This document shows positions 52,412-61,253 of a stretch of DNA of 64,000 bases, one piece after another. Both the position numbers and the translations under genes were made by a program. How positions within the stretch are numbered: position 1 is the first letter of the stretch; each line of letters starts with the position of its first letter. This stretch comes from Tagaea sp. (GTDB taxonomy: Bacteria; Pseudomonadota; Alphaproteobacteria; CACIAM-22H2): NCBI GenBank assembly GCA_965279525.1, contig CBDIIB010000004.1, forward strand, positions 992,001 through 1,056,000. The letters run 5' to 3'. The notes under the pieces are model-generated. The model was not told the DNA's origin and did not search any database. It saw only the letters and a list, made by a program, of their open reading frames with translations.

Positions 52412-54388
52412 ATGGCCGACCTGTTTTCCAACGCCGCCAAGAAGAACGACAGCTACACCGCCAAGGACATCGAGGTCCTCGAGGGGCTGGAGCCGGTCCG
52501 CCGGCGCCCGGGCATGTATATCGGCGGCACCGACGAGCGGGCGCTGCATCACCTGATCGCCGAGGTGCTCGACAACTCGATGGACGAGGCCGTCGCCGGC
52601 CACGCCGACTGGATCGAGGTCGAGCTTGCCGCCGACGACTGGATGACGATCCGCGACAACGGCCGCGGCATCCCGGTCGATCCGCATCCGCGCTTCCCCA
52701 AGAAGTCGGCGCTGGAAGTGATCCTGACCACGCTGCATTCGGGCGGCAAGTTCGCCAACAAGGCCTATTCCACGTCGGGCGGCCTGCACGGCGTGGGCGT
52801 GTCGGTCGTCAACGCGCTGTCCGACGAGTTCGAGGTCGAGGTCGCGCGCGACAAGGCACTCTTCGCGCAGAAATATTCGCGCGGCGTGCCGCAGGGCCCG
52901 CTCAAGAAGCTGGGGGCGACCAACAACCGGCGCGGCACCACCGTGCGCTTCCACCCCGACGCGCAGATCTTCGGCAAGTCGATGCATTTCAAGCCGCAGA
53001 CCGTCTACAAGATGGCGCGCGCGAAGGCCTTCCTGTTCAAGGGCGTCGAGATCCGCTGGAAGTGCGATCCGGCCCTGCTGAAGCCCGAATGGGGCATTCC
53101 GCCCGAGCAGTCGATGCGCTTCCCCGGCGGGCTTGCGGACTCGCTGGCCGAGGCGATCGGCAAGCGGCCCACCTACACGCCCAAGCCCTTTGCCGGCGAC
53201 GTGAAGCTGGATGCGCAAGGCGGGCGACTCGAATGGGCGGTCGCGTGGCCCGGCGACGAGGATGCGGAAGTGCATTCCTACGTCAACACGGTGCCCACGC
53301 CGCAGGGCGGCAGCCACGAGCTGGGCCTGCGTGCCGCCCTCACGCGCAGCCTTCGCGCCTATGGCGACATGACCGCCAACAAGAAGGCCGCCAACATCGC
53401 GTCGGAAGACGTGTGCGACGGGGCGGTCGTGTTCCTGTCGCTCTTCGTGCGCGACCCGCAGTTCCAGGGCCAGACGAAAGACCGCCTCGGCATGCCCGAA
53501 GCCCAGCGCATGGTCGACAATGCGCTGAAAGACCAGTTCGACCATTGGCTCGCCGACGATCCGGCGGCGGCCAAGCAGCTTCTCGAACGCGCCGTCGAGC
53601 GCGCGGAAGACCGCGCGCGCCGGCGCATGCAGAAGGAGCAGGACCGCAAGTCGGCCACGCGCCGCCTGCGCCTGCCCGGCAAGCTCGCCGACTGTTCGGC
53701 GACCAACTCCGACGACACCGAGATCTTCCTCGTCGAAGGCGATTCCGCCGGCGGCTCGGCCAAGCAGGCGCGTAGCCGCGAAAAGCAGGCGATCCTGCCC
53801 TTGCGCGGCAAGATCCTGAACGTCGCCAGCGCTTCGGCCGACAAGCTGCGCGGCAACCAGGAACTCGCGGATCTCACGCAGGCACTGGGCTGCGGGACGG
53901 GCGAGAACTGGGACGAAGGCAAGCTGCGCTACGAGCGCGTCATCATCATGACCGACGCCGACGTGGACGGGGCCCACATCGCCTCGCTGCTGATCACGTT
54001 CTTCTACCGCGAGATGCCCAAGCTGATCGAGACCGGGCACCTGTTCCTCGCCTTGCCGCCGCTCTACCGCATCGCGGCGGGCGGCGACGTCGCGTACGGG
54101 CGCGACGACGCGCACAAGGACGAGCTGATCAAGACGCGCTTCAAGAACCGGAAAGTGGAGATCAGCCGCTTCAAGGGCCTCGGCGAAATGCCGCCCGCAC
54201 AGCTCAAGGAAACGACGATGGACCCCAAGAAGCGCACGCTGCTGCGCGTCGTGGTCCCCGACCGCGAGCACCGCGAGGCGTTCGAGGAAACCGAATCGCT
54301 GGTCGAGAGCCTGATGGGCCGCAAACCCGAACTGCGCCTCGCCTTCATCCAGGAGCACGCGACCAGCGTGCGCGATCTCGACGTCTGA
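52412..54388 (+). CDS. parE: DNA topoisomerase IV subunit B
   Basis: GLEPVRRRPGMYIG, DNSMDEA, EGDSAGGSAKQAR, PLRGKILN; lacks the GyrB insert. Confidence 0.95.
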   Translation: MADLFSNAAKKNDSYTAKDIEVLEGLEPVRRRPGMYIGGTDERALHHLIAEVLDNSMDEAVAGHADWIEVELAADDWMTIRDNGRGIPVDPHPRFPKKSALEVILTTLHSGGKFANKAYSTSGGLHGVGVSVVNALSDEFEVEVARDKALFAQKYSRGVPQGPLKKLGATNNRRGTTVRFHPDAQIFGKSMHFKPQTVYKMARAKAFLFKGVEIRWKCDPALLKPEWGIPPEQSMRFPGGLADSLAEAIGKRPTYTPKPFAGDVKLDAQGGRLEWAVAWPGDEDAEVHSYVNTVPTPQGGSHELGLRAALTRSLRAYGDMTANKKAANIASEDVCDGAVVFLSLFVRDPQFQGQTKDRLGMPEAQRMVDNALKDQFDHWLADDPAAAKQLLERAVERAEDRARRRMQKEQDRKSATRRLRLPGKLADCSATNSDDTEIFLVEGDSAGGSAKQARSREKQAILPLRGKILNVASASADKLRGNQELADLTQALGCGTGENWDEGKLRYERVIIMTDADVDGAHIASLLITFFYREMPKLIETGHLFLALPPLYRIAAGGDVAYGRDDAHKDELIKTRFKNRKVEISRFKGLGEMPPAQLKETTMDPKKRTLLRVVVPDREHREAFEETESLVESLMGRKPELRLAFIQEHATSVRDLDV

Positions 54389-54409
54389 AGACCCTGCCGG
54401 AGGACCGAC

Positions 54410-54586
54410 ATGCTTCGTTTCATTCTCGCGATCCTGCTGCCCTGGCTGCAGTTCTTCACCATCGGCCGCCCCATGGCCGGGATCATCTGCCTGATCCTGC
54501 AGCTGACGATCATCGGCTGGCTGCCGGCCGCCATCTGGTCGGTCTACTCGCTCGGCAAATACAACGGCGGACAGACGGCCGCCTGA
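54410..54586 (+). CDS. YqaE/Pmp3-family small membrane protein (58 aa, absent from the ORF track)
   Basis: MLRFILAILLPWLQFFTIGRPMAGIICLILQLTIIGWLPAAIWSVYSLGKY...; GGAGG RBS. Confidence 0.88.
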   Translation: MLRFILAILLPWLQFFTIGRPMAGIICLILQLTIIGWLPAAIWSVYSLGKYNGGQTAA

Positions 54587-54636
54587 TATTGCTAGCGACG
54601 CAATGACCCGGCACAACGGCAACACTTAGTTTCACA

Positions 54637-54673
54637 GTCATGCCCGGGCTTGTCCCGGGCATCCACGACTTTG
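54637..54673 (+). repeat. REP-type palindrome, left arm of a 37-bp inverted pair
   Basis: GTCATGCCCGGGCTTGTCCCGGGCATCCACGACTTTG. Confidence 0.92.
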
Positions 54674-54681
54674 GATCAAGC

Positions 54682-55287
54682 ATGCGGCTGGCAAGCGGCG
54701 ACCAGATCCAGTTCGTCATTTCCACAATCGCCGAAGATCCCGCACGCATGCGCGTGCTCGAGATCGTGCGCGACCTCGAACTGCCGGATTGCTGGATCGG
54801 CGGCGGATTCGTGCGCTCGCCCGTATGGGACCGGCTTTCCGGCCGCGCGCCGGCATTCCCGGACGGTGACATCGACGTGCTGTGGTTCGACCCCGCTCGC
54901 TCTGACTCCGCCATCGATGCGCAGCTGGAAGAGCATCTCTCCGCACTCGATCCATCACTTGATTGGTCGGTGAAGAATCAGGCACGCATGCATCTGCGAA
55001 ACGGGGACACCCCCTACGCGTCAACGGCCGATGCCATGCGCTATTGGGTCGAAACGGCGACTGCCGTGGCGGTCAGACTCGCGGGCGACGAGATTGAGGC
55101 ATTGGCACCGCTTGGTTTCGACGATTTGTTCTCCATGACGCTTCGCCCGACGCCTGCATTCGCAGGAGTAAAGTGCGCCGTATTTCACAAGCGCAGACAA
55201 CTGAAGCGTTGGCAGGAACGTTGGCCGCGCTTGATTCTCGTCGACAAAGTCGTGGATGCCCGGGACAAGCCCGGGCATGACGGATAG
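54682..55287 (+). CDS. DUF925-family nucleotidyltransferase-like protein
   Basis: CWIGGGFVR..VWD, DIDVLWFD, WSVKNQARMH, ETATAVAVRL, RWP; alternative in-frame ATG at 54640. Confidence 0.85.
   Translation: MRLASGDQIQFVISTIAEDPARMRVLEIVRDLELPDCWIGGGFVRSPVWDRLSGRAPAFPDGDIDVLWFDPARSDSAIDAQLEEHLSALDPSLDWSVKNQARMHLRNGDTPYASTADAMRYWVETATAVAVRLAGDEIEALAPLGFDDLFSMTLRPTPAFAGVKCAVFHKRRQLKRWQERWPRLILVDKVVDARDKPGHDG
55245..55281 (-). repeat. REP-type palindrome, right arm (exact reverse complement of the left arm)
   Basis: CAAAGTCGTGGATGCCCGGGACAAGCCCGGGCATGAC followed by G (CGTC tag on the minus strand). Confidence 0.92.
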
Positions 55288-55318
55288 GGCAGTACGTTGA
55301 TGGCTGCATCGGCGGCCG

Positions 55319-56545
55319 TCAGGCCGCCACCGGCTGCGCCGCTTCCTTCGCCTTCGGGAACGGGCGGAAGGTCATCGCGATCAGCACCGCGCCGATGCCC
55401 AGCGCCCAGGCGCCGACATAGAGCCACGTATAGTCGGCGAACGCGTCGTAGATGAGGCCGCCGGCGAGCGGACCCGACGCCATGCCGAGGCTGCCGGCGG
55501 TCGACGTGCCGCCGATGATCGTGCCCATCATGCGCAGCGGGAAGTTCTCGCGCGCAAGCACGGCATAGAGCGGCATCACGCCCGCATAGACGAAGCCGAA
55601 CAGGGCCGCCACCGCATAGAACGCATTGATGTCGCGCACGAAGGAATAGGCGAGTGCCGCGAACGCCTGCACGAGCAGGCCCAGCACCAGCACGCGCTTG
55701 GCGCCGAACTTGTCGCCCATCAGGCCGAAGGCCAGGCGCCCGCCCAGCCCTGCGAACCCTTCGAGGCTGTAGATCGAGACGGCGGCGACCAGCGGGATGC
55801 CGCAGCTGACGGCGTAGCCGATCGTGTGGAAGATCGGGCCCGAATGCGTGGCGCAGCAAAAGAAGCTCGTCAGCGTCAGGATGATGAACTGCGGCGAGCG
55901 CACGGCATCGCGCACGCTCATGCCCGACTGCGGCCCCTGCCCTCCGTCGGCCGGCATCGCGGCAGCCTCGCGGTCGAGTGCCGGCGGGCGGCGCACCAGC
56001 AGCGCCGCCGGGATCATCGCGGCGGCGGCGATGGCGGCGACGATCTGCATCGACGTGCGCCAGTCGTAGACGGCGATGAGCTGGGCTGCCAGCGGCGACA
56101 TCGTCATCGGCGCCATGCCCATGCCGGCGGAGACGAGCGACACCGCGAGACTGCGGTTCGTGTCGAACCAGCCGGTCACGCAGGCCATCATGGGTGCGAA
56201 GATCGCCGCGATCCCGCAGCCGACCATCAGGCCGAAGACGAACTGGAACTCGACCAGCGACGTGGCGAAGCTCGCGAGCGCGAGACTTCCCGTCAGCAGG
56301 ACCGTGCCGGCCAGCACGACCGGGCGCGCACCGATGCGGTCGGACAGGTTCCCCCACGCCATGCTCGCGAAGGACATCGCGAGGAACCCGACCGTCATGG
56401 CCGCCGAAATGCCGGTGACCGACCAGCCCGTGTCCTGTGACATGGCGACGAGGAAGACCGGCAGCGAGAACATCGCGCCGACCGCCATGCAGGTGATGAC
56501 CGCACCCGCCGCGACGATGACCCAGCGATACGAGGAATTCGACAT
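55319..56545 (-). CDS. MFS transporter (OFA/MCT-like)
   Basis: 12-TM pattern; GNLSDRIGAR, GDKFGAKR. Confidence 0.9.
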   Translation of the reverse strand: MSNSSYRWVIVAAGAVITCMAVGAMFSLPVFLVAMSQDTGWSVTGISAAMTVGFLAMSFASMAWGNLSDRIGARPVVLAGTVLLTGSLALASFATSLVEFQFVFGLMVGCGIAAIFAPMMACVTGWFDTNRSLAVSLVSAGMGMAPMTMSPLAAQLIAVYDWRTSMQIVAAIAAAAMIPAALLVRRPPALDREAAAMPADGGQGPQSGMSVRDAVRSPQFIILTLTSFFCCATHSGPIFHTIGYAVSCGIPLVAAVSIYSLEGFAGLGGRLAFGLMGDKFGAKRVLVLGLLVQAFAALAYSFVRDINAFYAVAALFGFVYAGVMPLYAVLARENFPLRMMGTIIGGTSTAGSLGMASGPLAGGLIYDAFADYTWLYVGAWALGIGAVLIAMTFRPFPKAKEAAQPVAA

Positions 56546-56560
56546 CTGCTCCCTGCTCCT

Positions 56561-56977
56561 TCAGCCGCGCGGCGGCATCTTGTCGAATTTCGGTAACGCG
56601 GGATCGACCTGGTCCCAGGCGTGACCGGCCGCGGTCCAGCAGACGAAGGTCGGCTTGAACCGGCCCGGCTCGTCGAGGCTTGCCGCACTGACGCCGAAAA
56701 GCGAAGGCATCCCCGGAAAGGTCACGTAGACGGGCGCGCCGCATGTGGGGCAGAACGCGCGCAGCTTTTCCGTGCCGCCTTCGCCGACCATCAGCCATTG
56801 CCCGACCTCGCCCGCGAACTTCGCGGCCTCGCGCGGAAACGTCAGGTGGGCTCCATGGCCCGTTCCGCTGTCGCGCTGGCACTGGCGGCACTGGCACTTG
56901 AACATCATGTTCGGTTCGGCCGCGATCTCGTAGCGCACGGCGCCACAAGCGCAGCCGCCGGTATAGGACCTGGTCAT
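56561..56977 (-). CDS. GFA-family (CENP-V-like) Zn protein
   Basis: GGCACGAVRY, CQCRQCQR, FCPTCG. Confidence 0.92.
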   Translation of the reverse strand: MTRSYTGGCACGAVRYEIAAEPNMMFKCQCRQCQRDSGTGHGAHLTFPREAAKFAGEVGQWLMVGEGGTEKLRAFCPTCGAPVYVTFPGMPSLFGVSAASLDEPGRFKPTFVCWTAAGHAWDQVDPALPKFDKMPPRG

Positions 56978-57444
56978 TGCACCTGCTCCGCCGCGATCGC
57001 TTCGATCGTGCCGACGACCTTTTTCCAGCCGTTGCCCATGTTCGTGAAGGCGGTCTCGTTGCGCGGCAGCTCGAAGCCCGAATGGACCAGATGGATGCGC
57101 GTTCCGCCCTCCGCACGGCTGAGCGTCCACGCGACCACGGTCTCGAGCGGTGCGCCGTAGCCGACATTGTCGGCGTGCCCGCCCTTCCACGAATAGACGA
57201 GGCGTTCGTTCGGCACGATCTCCAGCACCTCGCAGTGGATCACGCCGTCCCACTTGCCGGCTGCCGTCGTCCGATAGGTGAAGCGGTTGCCCTTCACGGG
57301 CGCGAAGCCGGACATCGGCATCTTCAGCCAGCGCTGGATCAGCTCGCCGGTCGTCAGCGTCTTCCAGATCTTCTCGGGCGCATGCGGGAAGAACGTGTCG
57401 ACCACGATCTCGCGCGTTGCGGGTTTCAGGGCGGCGTCGTTCAT
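56974..57444 (-). CDS. SRPBCC/AHSA1-domain protein
   Basis: PEKIWKTLT, PNERLVYSW, GTRIHLVHSGF, GW. Confidence 0.9.
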   Translation of the reverse strand: MNDAALKPATREIVVDTFFPHAPEKIWKTLTTGELIQRWLKMPMSGFAPVKGNRFTYRTTAAGKWDGVIHCEVLEIVPNERLVYSWKGGHADNVGYGAPLETVVAWTLSRAEGGTRIHLVHSGFELPRNETAFTNMGNGWKKVVGTIEAIAAEQVQ

Positions 57445-57773
57445 GGATCCATTTCCTTGAGGAGCGTTTCGAGATTGGCGAGCCGGTCGCGCCAGAAGAC
57501 GGCGTAGTGGTTCATCCAGTCGGACAGCGGCGCCAGCCCCTTGGGTTCGGCGCGATAGAAGACGTTGCGGCCCTGCGCGCGGTCGACGACCAGCCCCGCC
57601 TGTTTCAGCGTGCGCAGATGCTGCGAGACGGCCGATTGCGAGACGCCGCTGCCGCGCGTCAGCTCGACGACGCTGATCTCCGGCGAGGCGCGGACGATCC
57701 GCTCGAACACGGCGCGCCGCGTTGAATCCGCGAGCGTGCGCATGACGGTGTCGATGGCGATTGCCTGGGTCAT
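57441..57773 (-). CDS. ArsR/SmtB-family transcriptional regulator
   Basis: LADSTRR, SQSAVSQHLRTLKQAGLV, FWRDRL. Confidence 0.92.
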   Translation of the reverse strand: MTQAIAIDTVMRTLADSTRRAVFERIVRASPEISVVELTRGSGVSQSAVSQHLRTLKQAGLVVDRAQGRNVFYRAEPKGLAPLSDWMNHYAVFWRDRLANLETLLKEMDP

Positions 57774-57776
57774 GTC

Positions 57777-57808
57777 GATTAGTTAGTGCTCACTAATCAA
57801 TTAGTCAA
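57777..57808 (-). promoter_or_regulatory. Palindromic operator overlapping a near-leaderless promoter of the ArsR operon
   Basis: GATTAGT-N8-ACTAATC and TTAGTG-CT-CACTAA; -35 TTGACT at 57803-57808. Confidence 0.6.
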
Positions 57809-57880
57809 GACTTATTTGTCGTCGTCAACCCGCCCGACGGCTAGGGTTGTGCCCGACCCGCCGCAGCCGGATTCCCCGAC

Positions 57881-59056
57881 TTGACCGACGCACCGTCGCC
57901 CTCCCACGCCCGCATCTTTGCCCTGACGACGTGCCTCGTCTTCACGACGCAGCTCGGCATCACGATCGATCTGCCGTCGCTCGCCTCGATCGCGCGCGAT
58001 CTCGGGATGAGTGCGAGTGGCGCCGAGGTCTCGGTGTCGGCCTACGTCATCGGCGTGGCGGCCCCCATCCCGCTGTGGGGGTTCGCGGCTGACCGCTGGG
58101 GGCGGCGCGCCACGATGTACGCGGCGGTCGCGCTGTTCGCGGCCTGCAGCCTGCTGCTTGCGGTTGTCGACGATCCCTGGCTGTTCGTGGCGTTGCGCTT
58201 CGTGCAGGGCGTCGGCGGCGGCGGCTGCTCCATCCTCGGGCGCATCCTGGCGCGCGACACGTGGAGTGGCGCCGAACTCGCGCGCCGGCTCGCACTGCTG
58301 TCGGTCTCGTACATCGTCGCACTGGGCGGCGGCCAGTTCCTCGGCGCACTCTTCGAGCGGTACGACCTGTGGCGCCTCGAGTTCGTGCTGCTGGCGGCGA
58401 TGGCGGTGGCGGCCGCCGCCATGTCGCTCGGCATGGCTCTGGCGCCCGGCCGGCCGGCGCGGCCACTGCGCGAGACGTTCGATGCCTATCTCGGCCTGAT
58501 GAAGCTGCCGGCGTTCCTCGCCCCCACGCTGGCCGGCGGCCTCAGCTATGCGGCACTCCTGTCGTACCAGCAGGCCAGCCCCTTCGTGCTCGGCGGACAT
58601 TACGGCGCCGACGCGACGATGATCGGCAATGTCGGGCTGCTGACGGCCGTCGCCTATTTCGCCGGCTCGCTGGCGTTGAGCCATTTCGTGCTGCGGACCG
58701 GGCAGGAACGCATGCTGGAAGCCGGCTCGCTGATCATCGCGGGTGCCGGCGCCGTCGGGATCGTCTTCTGGATGACGGGCGACACGACGCTCGCCGCATT
58801 CGTCGCCCTCTACTGCCTCGTTTCGTTCGGGCAGGCGGTGATGTTCCCGGGCAGCATGTCGCTCGCCATCGGGGCCGCCCCTGAGCGCGGCGTCTATGCG
58901 ACGGCGCTGTGCAGCTTCGTGCACCAGATCGTCGCCGGCCTCGCCGCCGCATGCGTGGCGCTGCTACCGCATGGCGACGTATGGCCCGCCGCCACCGCCG
59001 CCGTGCTGTTCGGGCTGGCGGCGTATGCGCTGGCCCGTCACAGGCCGGGCAGCTAG
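57881..59056 (+). CDS. MFS drug:H+ antiporter (Bcr/CflA-like)
   Basis: WGFAADRWGRR, RFVQGVGGG, SPFV; TTG start. Confidence 0.85.
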   Translation: MTDAPSPSHARIFALTTCLVFTTQLGITIDLPSLASIARDLGMSASGAEVSVSAYVIGVAAPIPLWGFAADRWGRRATMYAAVALFAACSLLLAVVDDPWLFVALRFVQGVGGGGCSILGRILARDTWSGAELARRLALLSVSYIVALGGGQFLGALFERYDLWRLEFVLLAAMAVAAAAMSLGMALAPGRPARPLRETFDAYLGLMKLPAFLAPTLAGGLSYAALLSYQQASPFVLGGHYGADATMIGNVGLLTAVAYFAGSLALSHFVLRTGQERMLEAGSLIIAGAGAVGIVFWMTGDTTLAAFVALYCLVSFGQAVMFPGSMSLAIGAAPERGVYATALCSFVHQIVAGLAAACVALLPHGDVWPAATAAVLFGLAAYALARHRPGS

Positions 59057-59562
59057 CGCGCCGCGCCCAGCCTTGCTTCCAGCTTCTCGACCAGCGACAG
59101 CAGGCGCGCGATCTCGGTCTCGCGCAGCAGGTCGATCTTCTGGTGCAGCGTCTCGATCTCGAGCTCGGCCTTCAGGTTGACGTGATAGTCGTCCTCGGCG
59201 TGCGCACGGTCGATGTCGCCCATGCGGTTCTGGCTCATCATGATGATGGGGGCCGTGTAGGCCGCCTGGAACGACAGCACGAGATTGAGCAGGATGAACG
59301 GGTACGGGTCCCACGCCTGCACCCACGCGAAGATGTTCGCCGACAGCCAGAGCAGCAGCAGCGCGCTCTGGATCAGGATGAAGCGCCACGACCCGACGAG
59401 GGCCGTGATGTGGTCGGCCGCGCGCGCGCCCAGCCCCGTGTCGGCCGGCGGGCGCGAGGCGGGCACGGGCGCGATCTTCGCCGGCCGGTGGCGCCGGCGT
59501 CCGGCGCGCAGCTCGTGCAGCAGCGAGAGATCGGCGGGATCGAGCTTTGCGGTCGGGGTCAT
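59053..59562 (-). CDS. DUF1003 membrane protein
   Basis: VGSWRF, WDPYPFILLNL.LS.QAAY.APIIMMSQNR. Confidence 0.93.
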   Translation of the reverse strand: MTPTAKLDPADLSLLHELRAGRRRHRPAKIAPVPASRPPADTGLGARAADHITALVGSWRFILIQSALLLLWLSANIFAWVQAWDPYPFILLNLVLSFQAAYTAPIIMMSQNRMGDIDRAHAEDDYHVNLKAELEIETLHQKIDLLRETEIARLLSLVEKLEARLGAAR

Positions 59563-59606
59563 GGGCGGCACTCCGGTGGCGGATGGCCGCGAGTATACGC
59601 CCTTGC

Positions 59607-60236
59607 CTAGTGCGCGACGCGAAAGCGTGGCGGGACGAAGAACAGGAAATCCTGCACGCGCGCCGATTTGTGGCAGCCGGCGCAGAAGGCGACGGCCGGC
59701 GCGTCCTCGCCGCCGCTTTCGCCCAGGCGCAGCCCCTCGGGCGTGGTCACGGTGAAACGCCAGTCGTTGGTCGAACTGTCGTAGCCGGGTGCCATGCGCT
59801 CCATCAGGTAAAGCGAGCCCGCCGTCGCGTTGCCCGCCCTGTCCACGCGGAAGCTGCGTTTGAGGATCGCAGCACCGGGCAGCAGCCGCCCGCCCTGCTC
59901 GGCCTTCGCGTAGTCGGGTGCCGCCGACGCGTTGGCGAAGACCTGCAGGAACATGCCGTGCTCGGACGCGAGATAGTTGCTCGACATCGTGCGCCAGCCG
60001 CGCGTGGCGCGGATCGTCGCATCGCGGGCCCGTGCCAGCGCGGCGTCGAGGGCGGGGCCAAGACACGCTGCCATCGCGTCGACCTCGGCTTGCGTCAACT
60101 GCATGGGCGGATTGCCGAGCCCGCCCAGTTCCGACGCCGGTGTCCCGGCCGCCCGTTCCACCCGGCAGCCGGACATTTCACCGGCCGTCGGCGCGCACGC
60201 CGAAAGAAGCATCGCCGCCAGCCCCAGGACCGCCAT
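59607..60236 (-). CDS. Cytochrome P460-family c-type cytochrome, lipoprotein
   Basis: LLSAC lipobox; GAAILK.S, YLME.M..GY....DWRF, C-terminal CAGCH..DFLF. Confidence 0.8.
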   Translation of the reverse strand: MAVLGLAAMLLSACAPTAGEMSGCRVERAAGTPASELGGLGNPPMQLTQAEVDAMAACLGPALDAALARARDATIRATRGWRTMSSNYLASEHGMFLQVFANASAAPDYAKAEQGGRLLPGAAILKRSFRVDRAGNATAGSLYLMERMAPGYDSSTNDWRFTVTTPEGLRLGESGGEDAPAVAFCAGCHKSARVQDFLFFVPPRFRVAH

Positions 60237-60400
60237 TCCGCCGAATTTCCGCCGCACGCGCACGCTCCGTTCCTGCCAACGTGGTTCGCCGCCGCCCACC
60301 AGAAGGTTTCCAGTCCCGCTCCGGAATTCGGGTGCGGACAGAATCGTTCCCTTGCGGCAGACTGGAGCCTAGCAAGCTTTCCACCCGGGGGGATCGCGCA

Positions 60401-61240
60401 ATGTGCCGTTGGCTGGCCTATTCGGGCCGTCCGCTCTATCTCGAGGACTTCCTCTTCAAGCCCGAGAACTCGCTGATCAACCAGTCGCTGCACGCCCGCA
60501 AGGGACACGTGGCGACCAACGGCGACGGGTTCGGCGTGGGGTGGTACGGCGACCGCTCGGAGCCGGGCCTGTTCCGCGACATCCGCCCGGCCTGGAACGA
60601 CGAGAATCTCCGCTCGATCGCCGAGCAGATCCGCACCGGGCATTTCTTCGCGCATGTGCGCGCGTCGACCGGCACGTCGATCAGCCGGGCCAACTGCCAT
60701 CCGTTCCAGCACGGGCGCTGGATGTTCATGCACAACGGCCAGATCGGCGGTTTCGACCGCGTGGCGCGCGATCTCGATTTCGCGATCGATCCGGAATATT
60801 ACCGCGCGCGGCGCGGCACCACCGACAGCGAAACCATCTTCCTGCTGATGCTCACCTACGGGCTCGAACGCGACCCCGAGCATGCGCTGGCGCGCACGCT
60901 GGGCAAGATCGTCGAGGTCACGCAGAAAGTCGGCACCGTCGATCCCTTCCGTTTCACCGCCGCCTTCACCGACGGGCGGCGCATCTATGCCGCGCGCTTC
61001 TCGTCCGACGGCCATTCGCCCACGCTGTTCTACGGCTGCGGCACCGGCATCCGGGCGGCCGACGGCGGCGGCTGTTCGGACGGCACGGGCGGCGAGGATT
61101 CGCTGCTCGTCCTCTCCGAGCCGCTCGACACCGACCTCCAGCACTGGACGGCGGTGGGCGAAAGCTCGCTGCTCGTCGTCGAAAACGGACGTGTGGACGT
61201 GCGCGGCCTGAAGCCCGTCATGTCGCGCGTCGCCGCATAA
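60401..61240 (+). CDS. Class II glutamine amidotransferase (EgtC/Dug3-like)
   Basis: N-terminal MCRW, NGDGFGVGWY, AHVRAST, NCHPF, HNG, TDSE. Confidence 0.92.
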   Translation: MCRWLAYSGRPLYLEDFLFKPENSLINQSLHARKGHVATNGDGFGVGWYGDRSEPGLFRDIRPAWNDENLRSIAEQIRTGHFFAHVRASTGTSISRANCHPFQHGRWMFMHNGQIGGFDRVARDLDFAIDPEYYRARRGTTDSETIFLLMLTYGLERDPEHALARTLGKIVEVTQKVGTVDPFRFTAAFTDGRRIYAARFSSDGHSPTLFYGCGTGIRAADGGGCSDGTGGEDSLLVLSEPLDTDLQHWTAVGESSLLVVENGRVDVRGLKPVMSRVAA

Positions 61241-61253
61241 GGAAATCCCGAAC

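Noticed and set aside
54637-55281. Classical IS element
   Set aside because: The enclosed ORF is not a transposase, there is no target-site duplication, and the arms are REP-type hairpins
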